From: Mesotaenium endlicherianum
Taxonomy: Eukaryota
DNA: 64,000 nt
Direction of reading: 5' to 3'
NCBI GenBank assembly: GCA_009602735.1
Contig: WELA01003638.1
Location: 3,258 to 67,257, forward strand
In this document: positions 34,388 to 48,746 of the stretch, piece by piece
How the letters are laid out: the number at the start of each line of letters is the position of its first letter
Numbering within the stretch: position 1 is the first letter of the stretch
The notes under the pieces: model-generated
Told to the model about the DNA's origin: nothing
The model's input: only the letters and a program-made list of their open reading frames with translations
Databases searched by the model: none
Translations under genes and position numbers: made by a program

Positions 34388-36390
34388 GTGGCCCAATTCT
34401 GGCTTAGCGTAGCTGAGCAATTTCATTCTCATCAAGAGTTATCCAAAAGGTTTGAGGAAGCTTCCCAGTATTCCTTGGCACCAAACGTCCATGATCAGCT
34501 CGCTCGTCAGCCGCTGTAGCCGTTACCTTCTCAGGCATCAGCTCCTCGCCTTTGCAGACGGTCTTTTCTGCCACACCTCCGTCATAGTAAATATTTGGCC
34601 CGTTAAGCTTTGCAAACTGAGCTTTCAGCTCAGCAATCTCAGCACTCATAGCATCGTACTTCAGGTTACCCTTTCGATCACCAGAGTTATCTTTCCCCTT
34701 CTTTTTACCCTTGTCTGCCTCTTTCGTGGCAACGTTAGTCCAGGGTGGCTTCAGACTTGATTTCTTATACCAACACTTATCTTCTAAGTTGTAACATTTA
34801 TGCTTTTTGAGAGGATCTTTCCTCGGTATTCAAGGAATATTTAAGTGAAGTGGAAAGAAAATCTATATACTTGTGCAAATTGACAAATCCTCGAGAAAGC
34901 GAAAATGAAAGCTAACGTAGAATGTGTGCTTGTGAGAGTTGCACTCACAATGACTCTGCAAGTATTTATACCTGCACGACGTGAGGCACTGGAGTGCTTC
35001 AAGTCACCACCTAGGGCACTGGTTCATGTCAACAAAACAGGCAAAGGGGTACAACCCATTTCGGCTGAATGCTGGAAACACCCCGTTTGGCCGTTTGGAG
35101 ACTTTTTGACGTTTTCCAAAAAACCGTTTCGCGCCAAACGGGCGTTTTCGTGTTCTCGCGACTGTTTGAAAAGTCGCGACTCTTCGCGGAGTCGCGTACA
35201 CATGCTTTTTGTCATGAACCGGTAATTATAAAAACTACTTCGCCAATTGGTTAGGTGTGAACGTTTCAAATGACAGGTCGCGGGTTCGAATACGCTCGAA
35301 TGCAAAGTCGCTTTGCATATTATGTGTCGTTTGACTTTTACGACTGTTTGTTTGTATTAACGACTGGTCGTAAATCCGAAATCCGTGACTGTGCATTATC
35401 CGAAATAATGACAATCAAAGTAACTTAATCAAACAGTGATTAATTAAGTTATCATCTCATAATTAATCAAAGTAACTTTATGAATAATTATGTCATACTT
35501 TTGCAAAGTAGTCGAGTTACGTTACGACGCTTTTTGCAATAATATCTCGGTCGTTTTGCCAATCGACCGGGAATTAATCGGCACACGCGTGTGGCGAATA
35601 ATTCAATGTGATGCAATCATTTATCAAATAATGTATGATAAATAGTATAACTTATTTTAGGTAATTGGGAAAACGTCCCAAATACGCCTAAAAAGCTCGA
35701 ATCGTTACATAAGTGTCCCTTTTTGCTGCAATGTGTGCATGTCTGTGCTTTGCTAGCAGATAGTTGCTTAGCATCTGGGTACAGACAATCTCTCTTTTGA
35801 TGTCCACAATTTCAACGGCCCTCTGCTGTTTTAGCAGTGTTGGCGTGCTTGGCAAATTTATGGAAAGACCCGATCTTCTTCTTAAACTGAAAAGAGCTGT
35901 TGGCCTTAGGCGGAAAGGGTTCCTCCCTCCTTTCAGGAGCCATAAGCGTCCTGGAAGCCTCTTCATACCAAAATTTACCTTCTTCGACATTACGTGCTAT
36001 TTCAGCAGCCTCGTCGATGTCCCCATCAGTTTTGCGCTTTGCAGACAGCTGTGGCCCAACCTTGCGATCTGTTTCCTTACCCAGACACAACAGAAAATTG
36101 TCAGCCACTAATCTGGACTCGTAGTTCCCGCCTTCTTGGCAAGATCCACCAATCTGGACTCAACCTCCGTCACTGTTTCGTTCTTCTGACGAACAAAATG
36201 CACATAACGGTGTACCTTAAGATTGCGATCCTCCGGAAATTGCACTTCAAGCAACTGACGCAAGTTATGCTCATAATCCAACTGGTCATCCCCAGCCTCC
36301 ATATTCCTACGGAAACTGGCCAGAGCTTGCGCATGGCTAGTTTCAGTTGTGACACTGTCGCTTTGCAGACCACTGAAGGGTGTTGCTCTA
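34388..36390 (-). pseudogene. Relic gag-like sequence of an older retroelement (family D), downstream part
   Basis: RQKNETVTEVESRLVDLAKKAG resembles the retrotransposon gag Q-x-x-E-T-V motif; decayed knuckle R*NCGHQKRDC. Confidence 0.55.
34790..35709. mobile_element. Family C solo LTR (920 bp)
   Basis: tgtaac...gttaca with a perfect TSD TAAGT. Confidence 0.92.
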
Positions 36391-36440
36391 TGTAATGAAT
36401 CAGTACATTGGATAGATATGATACTCATTTAGACATAATA

Positions 36441-37498
36441 TGAAAGGGGCAGAGTGCCCTAGTGGAAGCGTAGTGACTCATGAGGAACAAAGCTAGTTGC
36501 AATCATACTCAAGAGTGCAGCGACATATTGCTAAGAAAGCTTAGGAAAATTACTTGACATTTTGAGTGGCAAGAAACTGGACGACGGGAGGGTGGTGGCT
36601 CAGCTGGACGGGGCGGAGGTGGTCGTAGACCTGGACAGGCTGGCCAGCTGCTTCGCGCAGCCGGTCGCAGGGAGGACGCGCGCGGTGTTCGAGGAGCACG
36701 AATGGAGCGACGACGAGGGGGAGGGGGAGGAGGAGGAGGAGGAGGAGGAGGAGGAGGTGTGTGGCCTCGTCAACGAGCTGCTCGAGGATGCAAGGGGCCG
36801 CACGGGGGAGGGAGCTGGTGGCAGCGACTTCTGCAGCGAGGCCCGCTTGAAAGAGTTGATGACGGACGAGGCCAGCTCGCAGCCCGGTAAGTGGCAGGAA
36901 ATGATGTAGAATGAAAGGCCTTGTTATTACAAACCCGTAGAAATTTACAGAAGTGAAAACTGATGAGAAACAAAGAAGTTATGCCTATTTATAATTTTTT
37001 GCCTAAGTGCTCCTCCCTAGGAAGAAGCTACGGATTTTCCTAAGTGTTCGTCAAATCGTCCCTTCCAGAATATTCGTGAGTAAGCCAGATTAGTCTAATC
37101 TGACGTGTCGGGCCGAATTGACGTCCGCATACATGCATCGACATTACTAGAATATTCTATCTTAGACGCGCTAGGCTAAACCGAAACTTCTAGGTAAATC
37201 AACCTAGTCGGCACTATGCGTCAGCCGAACTTACGTGAAGATTCGAGTTCACACTAACGGGCCAGATCGCTTGACGCTGTCGGTCAATCCGACGGTCGCG
37301 CTCACCGCGTATTAAGGACAGTCGTCAACCGACCTCAAAAGTAATTAAACTTCAAAAATCCGTAACTCTCTCAATACTTGACTAAATTTGATGAACTTTA
37401 TATCAAAATGACTATAAAAATGCACTCTATACCACTATACAATCAAAACTTACTTTCATGAAATTCAAAAATGCACTTTATAAACCTATGACCTTACA
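36441..37498 (-). mobile_element. Solo LTR with family B-type termini (1058 bp), containing a GC-rich insert
   Basis: tgaaagggg...ccttaca on the + strand; perfect TSD TAATA. Confidence 0.85.
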
Positions 37499-40400
37499 TA
37501 ATAGTTAAAGAAGTTAATCCTGGTCAACTTTAGTTGATATTAAGTCTGCTAAAGTTTTTAATATTTGTTAAGTGACTCAACCGAGAGTAGCAGGCTGGAG
37601 TTTATTGGATCAACTTGTTGACTTGTGTCAGCTTGCTGACACATTCTTTGACAGCCAGCTGGCTGCCGTACTCGGCAGCAGCAAACTGCCTAGCTATGCA
37701 TCTAAGTGTGATGTGCTAGATGAGTGGCCAGATGACACCCGTAAGGTGATTGGCAATTCGGGATGATGGGAGATGGCTGTAGATTTGGTTAGCCGAGGTC
37801 CTACCAACGTGATTAACTCTCGGGTAGGGGGTGCCATCGCACTTGCCGTTGAACAATAAACTCATTCCATGTACATATGCTAGGTATTGCTCTCGAATTC
37901 GGCTTTCGAAAACGTGGCTTACTAAGAGAGATCTGAATCCAAGGCGAGAAGCCATTGATTCGCACTATCTTCTAGCCTTGCTTACGTATGAGTTTACTGA
38001 CTGCATTATTGATGCTCGTATGCTTGCATTTGACTTGGGAGTATTGTCCACCGCTAGTACGTCTGTCTTTTGTTGTTTAATCAGTTAACAGAAAATACCA
38101 TGAAGATTACTCGCTGATATAAAGATCATTATGAATTGTTTATCGCCTATTGGTAAGTCATTTCAGTGGTATCGGAGCAGTTATCACAATAGTCGTGTAT
38201 GGTAAGGACTAGGTCTAAAACTACCACTCTCGAGAAATGGAGGGTGAGGACAATGATAACATTGTAGAAGGGCAGGACAAAAGTCGCGTCTTTGGACCCC
38301 GTACCTATTTGGAAATGCTGCATGATGCAGGAGCTAGAGAAGCTGCTGAGCAAGCAACAGCTCTTGCTGCAGTAGCGACCCAGTTGGCTAAGGACGAGCG
38401 TTTAGCCAAAGAGGTAGAGGAGGCAGTAAACAGGAGGGCCCCTGATGAAAGGACGGTGGAAGCGCAGATGGCACAGAGGGCCAATTTTTGAAACCAACCT
38501 CCTGCTGTGCCTAATGTCATATCTCTTCCTCAAATCCGCAGACCACATAGTCGGAGCTGCAGCAATCGAGATTGCCGAAGTTGCTACTAATCGAGCAAAT
38601 GTTGCTGCTGCTGCGTTTGCTGGGCTACCACCTCAAAATGTAGATCTGGGAGCCTTATTTGTTCAGATGCAATCGCAAATGGCGAGCATGCATCAGTCCC
38701 AACAGGAGGATAAAAGGATCATGATGGCATTGCTGCGTGACAGAGACCAACTGGGTTCTCAAACCACTGGTGGTGGTGGCAGAGGGCCTAGTAAGCCGAA
38801 ACCAAAATCTCCCCAAGACTATGATCTTGAGGGAAACAAAAAGTATTATTTGATCAAGTTTCTCGCTGATGTTGAGCAGTGGCTGGAGAACTACCCAGAA
38901 CTGCAGCATTACGAGAAGGTCAGGCACACCGGTGCTCTATTGAAAGGCAGTGCAGCAGGCTGTTGATTGTGTTCAAAAGAAGAGCGTACGGCTCAACAAC
39001 TCGGTGACCCTACTTGGGTCGAGTTTGTTGAGAAGCTGCATGAGAAGTTTGATGTCATCAATCAGCAGGAGAAAGCTATCTATGCAATGATCTCCTTGAC
39101 ACTGAAGCAGACCACTTCAGTTGCTGAATTTGCTCAAAAGTTCCAAGAGAACATGATGAAGCAGCCTAAGTTGCCAGAGCGGTATAGGATAGCATACTTC
39201 AGGTATGGCTTGAAATCCGAAGTCTCAGGTCATTTTGCTGAAAAGAAGTATGAGAAGCTGCTGACTTGATGGAGGACGCTGATGCCTATGATCAGCAGCA
39301 GTTCAATCACAAGCGCCAGAGAAATGCTTTGGTGTCTAAGATTGTCAAAAAGCCACATAATTCCTACAATGCAATCGAACAAGACCAGGCTGAGGACGAT
39401 CAGGGTGATGAGTATGAGTATGAGTATAATGCTATCCAATCTAGAGGGAGAGGTGGTTACTCTCGAGGTGATTATGGAAGAGGTGGTGGTAGGACTAAGC
39501 CGAGACCAGCCTCAACAGAATCTGTTTGCTACCATTGCCAGCAGTTGGGTCACTACAGAGAGCAGTGTCCAATCAAGCACCTTCCAAAGGTCAAGAGAAA
39601 GGACTAACCTTTAAAAGACAGCAACAGTCAGTAATCCAGTCTACTGACTGTGAGGATGCTAGAGATAGTGAGTCGTCACTAGCTGTTCTTGTAACAGGTT
39701 TTATGGGTCCTGCTGAAATGGATTTACTATGCATGCCTGACAAATAGATCAAGGAGACCATCAGCAATATACATCTTCAAAAAGTGCAAACTCCTGATGG
39801 TCTTGTTCCACCTGATGTCCAAAATTTATTTGGTAAGTCAAGAGAACAATGCGAAAGACAGGAAAAGTCAGTCCCCCCTATCCTACTGCATTGTATGATT
39901 GCAGGTAGAAAGTGAGGGCATTTGTTGACGGAGGGGTGTCACATACTTTTATCCATAAGGACTTAGTCAAGCGGCTAAGGTTGCCTACTGTCACCCAAGG
40001 GAATATAAAAATATTTTTTGAAGATGCCTCAAGTATCCTGGGAGGAGTTATAACCAAGCCTATTGAGGTCCAGTTAGGTCCTAGCATTGCAATTCTAACT
40101 GAAACGTTTACATTTGAGGTACTCAACACTGGCTTTTATGATCTCGTGCTATGCAGGTCCTGGCTTAACAAACATCAAGCTAAAGTGTGTTGGAGGAGAG
40201 GGAGAGTTAAAGTGAGAGGAGCCATTGATGGGCAGCTAACTTGGCACCCACCAATGCTCTTCCACTTGTCCTGTATGGGTGGCAAATGAAGGAAAAGAAG
40301 AGACTTCCAGGAGGATGCAAATTGCTGAATGCGATGGAGTTCATCGAAAGCTGGAACCAGAAAGAAGATAGAATATTTTGTCTGTTGCTAAAAGAGGTAC

Positions 40401-43035
40401 CACGTCAACCTGAAGAAGTGGTTGAGAAAAAGGTGAGTCCTTCGGAGCACCCTTTTGCTGCAAAAACTCTTGCTCAATGTACTGATGTGTTTAACATGCC
40501 TCAAGGACTGCCCTCTAAGAGGGAAGTAAATCATACGATTGATTCATTACCTGGGAGTCAGCCACCTTGGCAACTCACCCATGGCTTGTCTTATGTGGAG
40601 AGCGAAGAATTGAAAACACAGATTACAAATTTGGAGGAAAATGGCTATATTTTCCCCAGTAAATCACCTTATGGCGCACTCATCCTATTTCTTAAGATGG
40701 AGAATGGCAGCATGCAAATGTGTGTGGATTACAGAGCTCTTAACAGTAAGGAACAAGTATGCTTTACCCAGAATCGAGGACTTCCTTGATACCCTGTTTG
40801 GTGCTAAAGTATTCAGGAAGATAGATTTTAATGGTGGGTATCATCAAATCAGAATTGCTGAGGGGGATAAACACAAAGCTGCTTTTTGCACACGTTATTG
40901 ACACTATGAATTTAATGTGATGTCATTTGGACGAACTAATGCCCCTACAATCATGGGTGCTATGAATGACATTTTCAGGCATTACTAAGATAAGTTTGTA
41001 CAAGTCTTCTTGGATAATATTTTAATTTTCTCTAAAAATGAAGCTCAACATGCTGAGCACTTAAAGAGAGTCATGCAAACTCTGAGAAGGAATCATTTAT
41101 GTCCTAAAATGGGCAAGTGTGATTTCTCTAAGGAAAGTATTGAATTCCTGGGCCATGTTGTCCGTAAAGAAGGCATCAGTGTGGATCCTAAGAAAGTCAA
41201 GACCATAAGGAACTGGCCAGTACCACAGTCTCTCTCGGAAGTTGAATCCTTCCTTGGATTGGCTAACTATTACAGGAGGTTCATTGAAAGTTGTTCAACA
41301 AAGGCCAGTAAACTGACTGACCTTACTAAGGACATAAGGTATATGTGGAGGAAAAGAGCAGCAAGCTAGATCCTTAAAGATGCTCTTTGTTCTGCCCCAG
41401 TCTTATCTGTGTACAACCCCAGCAAACCTGTGCAGGTGGTAACTACTGCTTTTGACTTTGCCATGGGTGCTATTTTGTTGCAGCCTGCTAACAAAACCAC
41501 TAAGGATGATAAAGCAGGAGTGGCACCCGGTGCTGTATGATTCTATGAAATTCTACCCAGCTGAAATAGACTATTATGTGCATGATAAAGAGCTACTTGC
41601 TATCATTCATATGCTCAAATAGTGGAGATCATACTTACATGGTAAGGCTTTTAAGGTGATTACAGATCATCTAGCTCTGACTCACATTCAGAAGAAGTCC
41701 AAGCCGTGGAGGAGGGAGAACCGTTGGAGCCAGATGCTGGAGCAGTTTCAAGTCCAGATTGACTACAAACCAGGGAAGTTGAATCCTGCTGATGCACTCT
41801 CTAGAAGACCTGACCTGCAAGAAAGGAACTTTAGTCAGCATGCTGTAGATAAAGTCCTTAATGCACTCACTTCACTATAGGTGAAAAAGTCCTTCCTTGA
41901 ACAACTTAGGAAAGCCCACCTTTCTGACCCAACATTTGAGCCCAGCCCCACTGATGGTGTGTGTCCTGCTACTGCACTCGGGCATAGGCTAAAGGGAGGG
42001 GTCTGGGTAATTGAAACCACTTCAGGCAGGCTGAAGCTGGTCATTCCTGATAACTTGGAAGTAAGGTCACTCTTACTGAGTCAAGCACATGACAGTTTAC
42101 TGGGTGGACATTTGGGGCAAGCCAAAATTGTTGGCAAACTAGCAAAACATTATCATTGAGATGGATTGCCTCGGGAGGTCTTGAAATATGCTAAATCTTC
42201 TGATCAGTGTCAGAAAAGTAAGTCTAGGCACACACCACTCGGGGGGCTTTTACAACCACTACCCATCCCAACTGGACGCTGGGAAACAATATCCATGGAC
42301 TGGGTGGTAACACTACCAAGAACTGCCAATGGGCATGACTCGATACTGGTAGTAGTGGGTAAATTGACAAAAATGGTCATTTTCATCCCCACAACTGTCA
42401 AAGTAACTGCGAGACAATTCTACAACCATGTAGTATGCCAACATGAGCTACCCTCTAATATTATCTCAGACAGAGACTCAAAATCTACCTCTAAGTTCTG
42501 GAGAGCTTTAATGGGGTTATTGGGAGTCAAACAGCTGCTCAGCACAGCAAACCACCCTCAAATTGATGGGCAGATTGAAAGAACTAACCAAGTTTTGCAA
42601 GAGGTGCTGAGAGCATATATTATCCAAAAACAAGATAATTGGGATAACCTGTTGCCTCAAATTCAATTTGCGATCAATTGTGCGGTGCATACGTCAACGG
42701 GAAAGACTCCTTTTGAACTCAGTCAGGATAGAGTCCCTAGGTCTCCTTTAGATGTGCTAGGGGAGTCCTTAACTCACCCTGAGGGGATTGACAACCCGGT
42801 GTCTCTCCAGTTAACTCAGGAGTTTGATGACACCCTGTCAGATGTCCAACAGAACCTGCATAAAGCCAAAGAAAATCAACAAAAATATGCTAATCAACAC
42901 CGTCGAGAGCTGACATTTTCAAAGGGGGATTTGATCAAACTGCATTCTCAACACCTGTATTTGCCTGGTGTGGTTAAGAAAAAACTTGGTCCGGTCTGGG
43001 TCGGTCCATATTCGGTGGTGCGCCGTGTCGGTCAC

Positions 43036-43764
43036 TGAAAGGGGAGAGGGTGCGGGGAGTGCGCCCATACACACTCACGCACCCTCACCCGCGAGTGGAA
43101 GCGTGCACGAGGACCTTTCCTAGTTGCATACACAAGGTGGAGTAGCCTGGTGGTATGCCACCCTTGCAAGAGTTAAGAGGGCTACATGAGAGAGGAGTAG
43201 AAAAGAACTCACTTTATTAAGAAAAGTCGTGTACAAGATAAGAAGGTTCGACTAGACTAACTAGGCTAGACCGCCTCTACTTCTTTGTGCAATCTATTTA
43301 TACTTCAACTCTAAGTGTCCTCACTAGCAAAGTACCTCCAGAACCTTCTACCATGGCTCCTTCCATGTAGGTGACCTTGCCTAGTTCGACAAGCTAGCAC
43401 ACTCACACGCACACAATCACACTCAAGAATATTCTACTACACAATCCACTAACTCCTCACGGAGTTTCTAGAATTTCCACGATCACTTTGGAACTCTACG
43501 TAATCGTGCGTAGTTTCTGGAATCCTCATGATTCAATGTCCCACTTCTTGGACTCCAACCGAAACTTCTTGGACTCCAAACTCCTTTTTGTCCCTCAACC
43601 TGTCCTCGTCACTTAATTGAATCAGTGACGATAAAAACTCACTAAAACTTCCAAAATTCAAAACTTTCTCAATACTTGTCCAAATGACTTGAAGTTTTTC
43701 TAAAGTTACACTCTATGCATATAAAATGGTAGAAAGATACAAACTACACTTTGATAACCTTACA
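43036..43764 (-). mobile_element. Family B solo LTR inserted in the integrase region of A copy 3
   Basis: Reverse complement of 1715-2423; flanks gtcac/gtcag; pol resumes after it. Confidence 0.93.
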
Positions 43765-44481
43765 GTCAGAATGCTTACAAATTGAACATGTCAGCGGAAT
43801 ACAAGGGTCACCCAGTCTTTAATGTCTCTAACCTGGAACCATACATCAAGGGTGACACACTGTTCACAGGTCGGTTACCTGTCCAACCGGGACCGGTCCT
43901 CGCTGTCAGGAATGGTGACCCTGAGGAATATGAGGTTGAGGAGATTTTAGAAGCTCGGCCTGTCCGTCGATCATCTAAATATGTCATAAAATACCTGGCC
44001 AGATGGAAGGGTTACGATGCCTCTGGGGATACTTGGGAATTTAAAGACTATTTGACCAATGCCAAAGGGGCGTTAAAACGGTTTCACCTTTGGGCGACTG
44101 GGGCACCTCCCTTATTGTCCTTTCACTTGACACGGGAAGGTGACAGAAATGTGCCAATAAATGACAGTTAGTGTGCGAGAAAGGGACAGTTATTGAAAGT
44201 AAAGTGTCAGCATAGTGACAGATGGGACAGCCAGGCCCACATTAAGCAAATTTGGCGAAATGAAAAAGGGACTCGCACATCAACACATCCCTTAACTCAC
44301 CCTGCACACATGTTCATTCGTATATTTTTCATCGCATTGCAGCTATGTTAACTCCTCGTAACCACCCTGTAAGGTAAACGGGAACAAACCTACCATAATA
44401 ATTCATGTTTGCTTCTCTTCCTGCAACTCCTGTGCCAAAGATTGAGATCCTAATAACTTGTGCCCTGGTTACATGTGCAGG

Positions 44482-45690
44482 ATGGCTCCCACCACACAAA
44501 AGAAGGACGGAAAGCGCAAGGCAAAAGAAGCCAGGAGGACAATGGAGCAATACCAGAAAGAGCTGGCGGCAACGTCCCTCACCAAGAGAGAACAAGAAAG
44601 GGTCCGCAGACAACAAGAGGCGGCAGAGGAAGCACAGAGGAAGAAGGAGCAGGAGGCGGAAAACCTCAGGAAAGCGAAGGAGGAGGGACAAAAGACACAA
44701 CAAGAAGAAGCAGTGGTAGCAAGGGAGGAGAGAAGAAAGAAGGCTGAAGCTGAGAAGCAGAAGAGCCTGGCCACTTACTGTGGTGGGTGGCCAAACCTTC
44801 GATAACCTGAAGAAGGCATTACTGGCTGCCTAGGAGATCAACAAGGTGGAACGGAAAACAATGTTACAGAGACAAGGAGCTGAAGCCCTGGATAGGTACA
44901 TTGAGACACACACTGGTGTGGTCCTCTACAAAGATTATGCCAAAATGGTGCAGTATACAGCAAAGCAGGCACGGTTTCTTGCGAATGACTCGGAAGATAA
45001 GCCGGTACCAGTGCCTGGCATAGTGGGGAATCAAAAACTCATCATAATGGTCAGCATGCAACCCGATAACTTTAAAGATGCAGTATTCTACCTAACACTA
45101 CTGCCAGCCTACAATTGAGTTTGAGAGGAGGAGCTGGAGCTGGGATGAGGAAGAAGAACAAGGCGGAGAAGAAGCATCAAGAACTGGTACTCAGGAGACC
45201 CAGGGGCAGGCAGAAGCAGGGACTCCTAGGGCGCCAAGATCAGGTGTATGAAATGTGATTCCTGTCATGGAGGCAACAAGATCCTGCAGTCGTTCTCCCA
45301 GCCCAATTGCCCAAGCAGGGAAAGAAGTTGATTTGGCAGCAGAGAAAAGCAGAAATCCCCAAAAGACAGGGGCACCAGAATAACAACACGCGGAGTAGCC
45401 AAAGGTATGCTGGCTACCCCCTTCAGTCAGGGACATGTGCCTCTTGCCAATGTATTTCAGCATCCTACCAGAATGCCTGTTTATGTGGGCATCAACACCC
45501 AGGTGGTTGAAGAGCAGGCTACAATCCTTCGTTCTCCTTGAGGTCCAACTTTAGAACAAACAGGGTTCTTTAGAAGGCTAGCTGACAGACTTAGAGGGCT
45601 GTCCAGGTCTAGGTCCTAATCTCAGACCCATGATCTTGGAGCCCCAGGAACAATCCACAAAACATCATAACTATCCTCCAGTCAAGCCTT
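44482..45690 (+). pseudogene. ORF3 relic (copy-1 type) with frameshifts and an internal deletion near 45139
   Basis: MAPTTQKKDGKRKAKEARRTMEQYQKELAATS is nearly identical to the ORF3 start. Confidence 0.9.
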
Positions 45691-46609
45691 GCTGGAGGTC
45701 TCTCTGTTTGCACCCCACAACGGAAGTGGACTGAGGGTGGAGGTGACAATTCACTGTCAGTAGTGATCCCCACAGCTAGGCAACAGTGTTGAAGCAAGAG
45801 GCAGGCAATGGGGAGTTAGTTTTGTTTGTTCCTTGACCAGATAATTCTACAGTTTAATGTTGTCGAGGCAACAACAATTTAGGTTGGAGGAATTGTAATG
45901 AATCAGTATATTAGTAGATAAAATATCCATGTATATATAATAGTTAATTAGGCTCAGCCTGCTGAACTTTAGTCAACATTAAGTCTGCTGGACTTTATAT
46001 AAAAATTAGTTTAATGACTCAGCCAAAAGAAACAGGCTGAAGTCAACTTTAGGTCAGCTTGCTGACACATTCTTTGACAGCCAGCTGACTTCCGTACTCT
46101 TTAGCAGCAAACTGCCTAGATATGCATATAAGGGTGATGAGCTAGATGAATGGCCAGATGACATCCTTGGGATGGATGGCGATTCGGGATGATGTGAGAT
46201 GGCTGAGGATTTGGTTAGCCGAGGTCCTACCAACGTGGTTAACTCCCGGGTAGGCGCTGCCATCGCACTTGCCGTTGAACAGTAAACTCGTTCCATGTAC
46301 ATATGCTAGAGATTGCTCTCGAGTTCGGCTTTCGAAAACGAGGCCAACTCTCTTGTACTGCTTACTGAGAGATATCTGAATCCAAGGCGAGAAGCCATTG
46401 ATACGCACTGACTTTCAGCCTTGCTTATGTACGAATTTACTGATTGCACTTGATGCTAGTTTACTTGCATATGACTTGGGAGTACTGTCCACCGCTAGTA
46501 CGTTTGTCTTTTGTTGTTAAATCAGTTCACAGAAAATACCATAAAGATTACTCGTTGATAAAGATCTTTATTAATTGTTAATCGCCTATTGGTAAGTCAA
46601 TTCATTTCA

Positions 46610-47652
46610 CTCTGCGTGTTCCTGAGCATTAGCAATCTTTTCAGATAATTTCGTACACACTTTACGCAACTCTGCTACAGACCCGGCATCATCATCTTGA
46701 GTAGCAGCTCTTCGCTGACCATCAGTGAGTTGCTTCATGGCATCTGTTAGTTCCTCTGTTAATGCAGCTAAGTTTACGCCTTCCACAGTCGCGGCAAGCA
46801 CTACTCTCACTGAGGACAAAGCAGACATACAAGCTTTCGCAGCCTCTTTTTGGAATTTTCAAAACTCTAGCCTTCTTCTGCTCTCCAAATGTCCATTTCT
46901 GGGTGAGGTCCTCATCCTTCCGGAATAGGCAATAGAGCAATAAGGCATCCTTGTCCAAACACTGAACCAAAGTTATAAATGCAACAGACCGAGTATAAGA
47001 AGAATCCTTCCGGATTTCTCAAAGAAGTCTGCCCAATAGATCTCATCAAATTCTTCGAAAGTGAGACTATTATCATCGGTTCGTCCACTAAAATATTTTG
47101 TAGACAATTTGAACTTGGGATTTGCATCCCTATCATCATCAGCCATCTTATAAAATGACCAATAATCACTTATTCTTACTCCAACGTCTAGCGACCTGCC
47201 CAAACCAGGTGCAAGGAAACCCTCGCTATACGGATTCTCATCGTTTACAGAGATATGGCAAGGCTCGTCTCCCGACGTTTGCTCTCTCTACGGGTTGTCA
47301 GCTTGCTCAGATGTCTCACTTCTTTGCGGACTCTGGCTAGAATCAGAATCTTCGACAGGTTCCATCGGATGATAGAGTCTTCCGCTCCTCAGCCGCATAT
47401 ACACTTAGAGTTCTCCAGATCCTTTACCAGGTCAAGTTCCACCAGCCTTCACAGACCTCAATTCCCAATTAGCTTGGGAAGTCTTGTCCACTTGAACCAA
47501 TCAACTCAAGTTCTCAGAAGTAGGACAGAAGTGTCTTACTCCCAACAGGCTTCTGCTCAAGTTGAAGATTTACTCAAGTGAACAAATTTTGTAGTTTACA
47601 GAAATTACGTCCAAGCTGATTAACTAACAACATCGAATTCAGAGAAAATCGT
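46610..47652 (-). pseudogene. Upstream part of the family D relic
   Basis: Linked to 34388-36390 through the TSD of A copy 3; fragmented minus-strand ORFs with a coiled-coil-like stretch. Confidence 0.45.
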
Positions 47653-48417
47653 TGATATGAATCAATTTACCAATAGGCAATTAACAATTAATGAAGATCT
47701 TTATATCAGCGAGTAATCTTTATGGCATTTTCTGTTGGATGATTAATTAGTTAAATGATTAAACAGCAAAAGACAACAGACTAGCGGTGGACAATACTCC
47801 CAAGTCATATGCAAGTAAACTAGCATCAATAATGCAATCAGTAAATTCGTACATAAGCAAGGCTAAATGTCAGTGCGTATCAATGGCTTCTCGCCTTGGA
47901 TTCAGATATCTCTCAGTAAGCAGTACAAGAGAGTTGGCCTCGTCTCCGAATGCCGAACTTGAGACCAAAACCTAGCATATGTACATGGAATGAGTTTACT
48001 GTTCAACGGCAAGTGCGATGGCACCGCCTACCCGAGAGTTAACCACGTTGGTAGGACCTCGGCTTACCAAATCCACAGCCATCTCCCATCATCCCGAATC
48101 GCCATCCATCCCAAGGATGTCATCTGGCCACTCATCTAGCATACAACACTTTAGATGCATAGCGAGGCAGTTCGCTGTTGCCGAGTACGGCAGCCAGCTG
48201 ATTGTCAAAGAATGTGTCAGCAAGCTGACACTAGTCAACAGGCTGACCTAATGGACTTCAGCCTGCTACTCTCGACTGAGTCATTTAACTAAGTAGGAAG
48301 TATCCAGCAGACTTAAATCCAGCAGATTAAATATTTACTGAAGTTTAGCAGGCTGAACTTATTTAACTAATATATCTAAATGAATATTATCTCTATCCAA
48401 TATGGTGATTCATTACA
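47653..48417 (-). mobile_element. Family A solo LTR
   Basis: Reverse complement of the A LTR; flanks atcgt/atcgc. Confidence 0.92.
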
Positions 48418-48746
48418 ATCGCCTACCAGGGCTTGCGCTTAACTTTTATAAAGTCACAGCTTACAAAACTTTAAAACTATGGCATTTGGGCTGGCCTGGC
48501 TTGAGAGTCTTCGCTCAACACAGCGTCTTAACAATTGACACTGTTTGGCTGGGCTCACTGAGATCTTCACTGAGAGCTTTCTCGTTGATCCTGCTTTTGC
48601 TATTTGCAATTCAACATTCACGACTTCTGAGAATTTGGAAACTAACACAGCACTCACCATTTTATGTGCCTCTCGCACTCTTGTGGTGTTTGGTCCGGAT
48701 CCGCTCTAGGCTCCTAGCAGATTCTATCTTGCAAGCTCTCTACATC

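Larger units (their letters stand above)
36391..46609 (+). mobile_element. Decayed full-length family A copy 3
   Basis: 5' LTR 36391-38165 (interrupted); PBS 38167-38178; gag-pol pseudogene from 38199 to ~44115; ORF3 relic; 3' LTR 45894-46609; flanks ctcta/ctctg. Confidence 0.93.
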
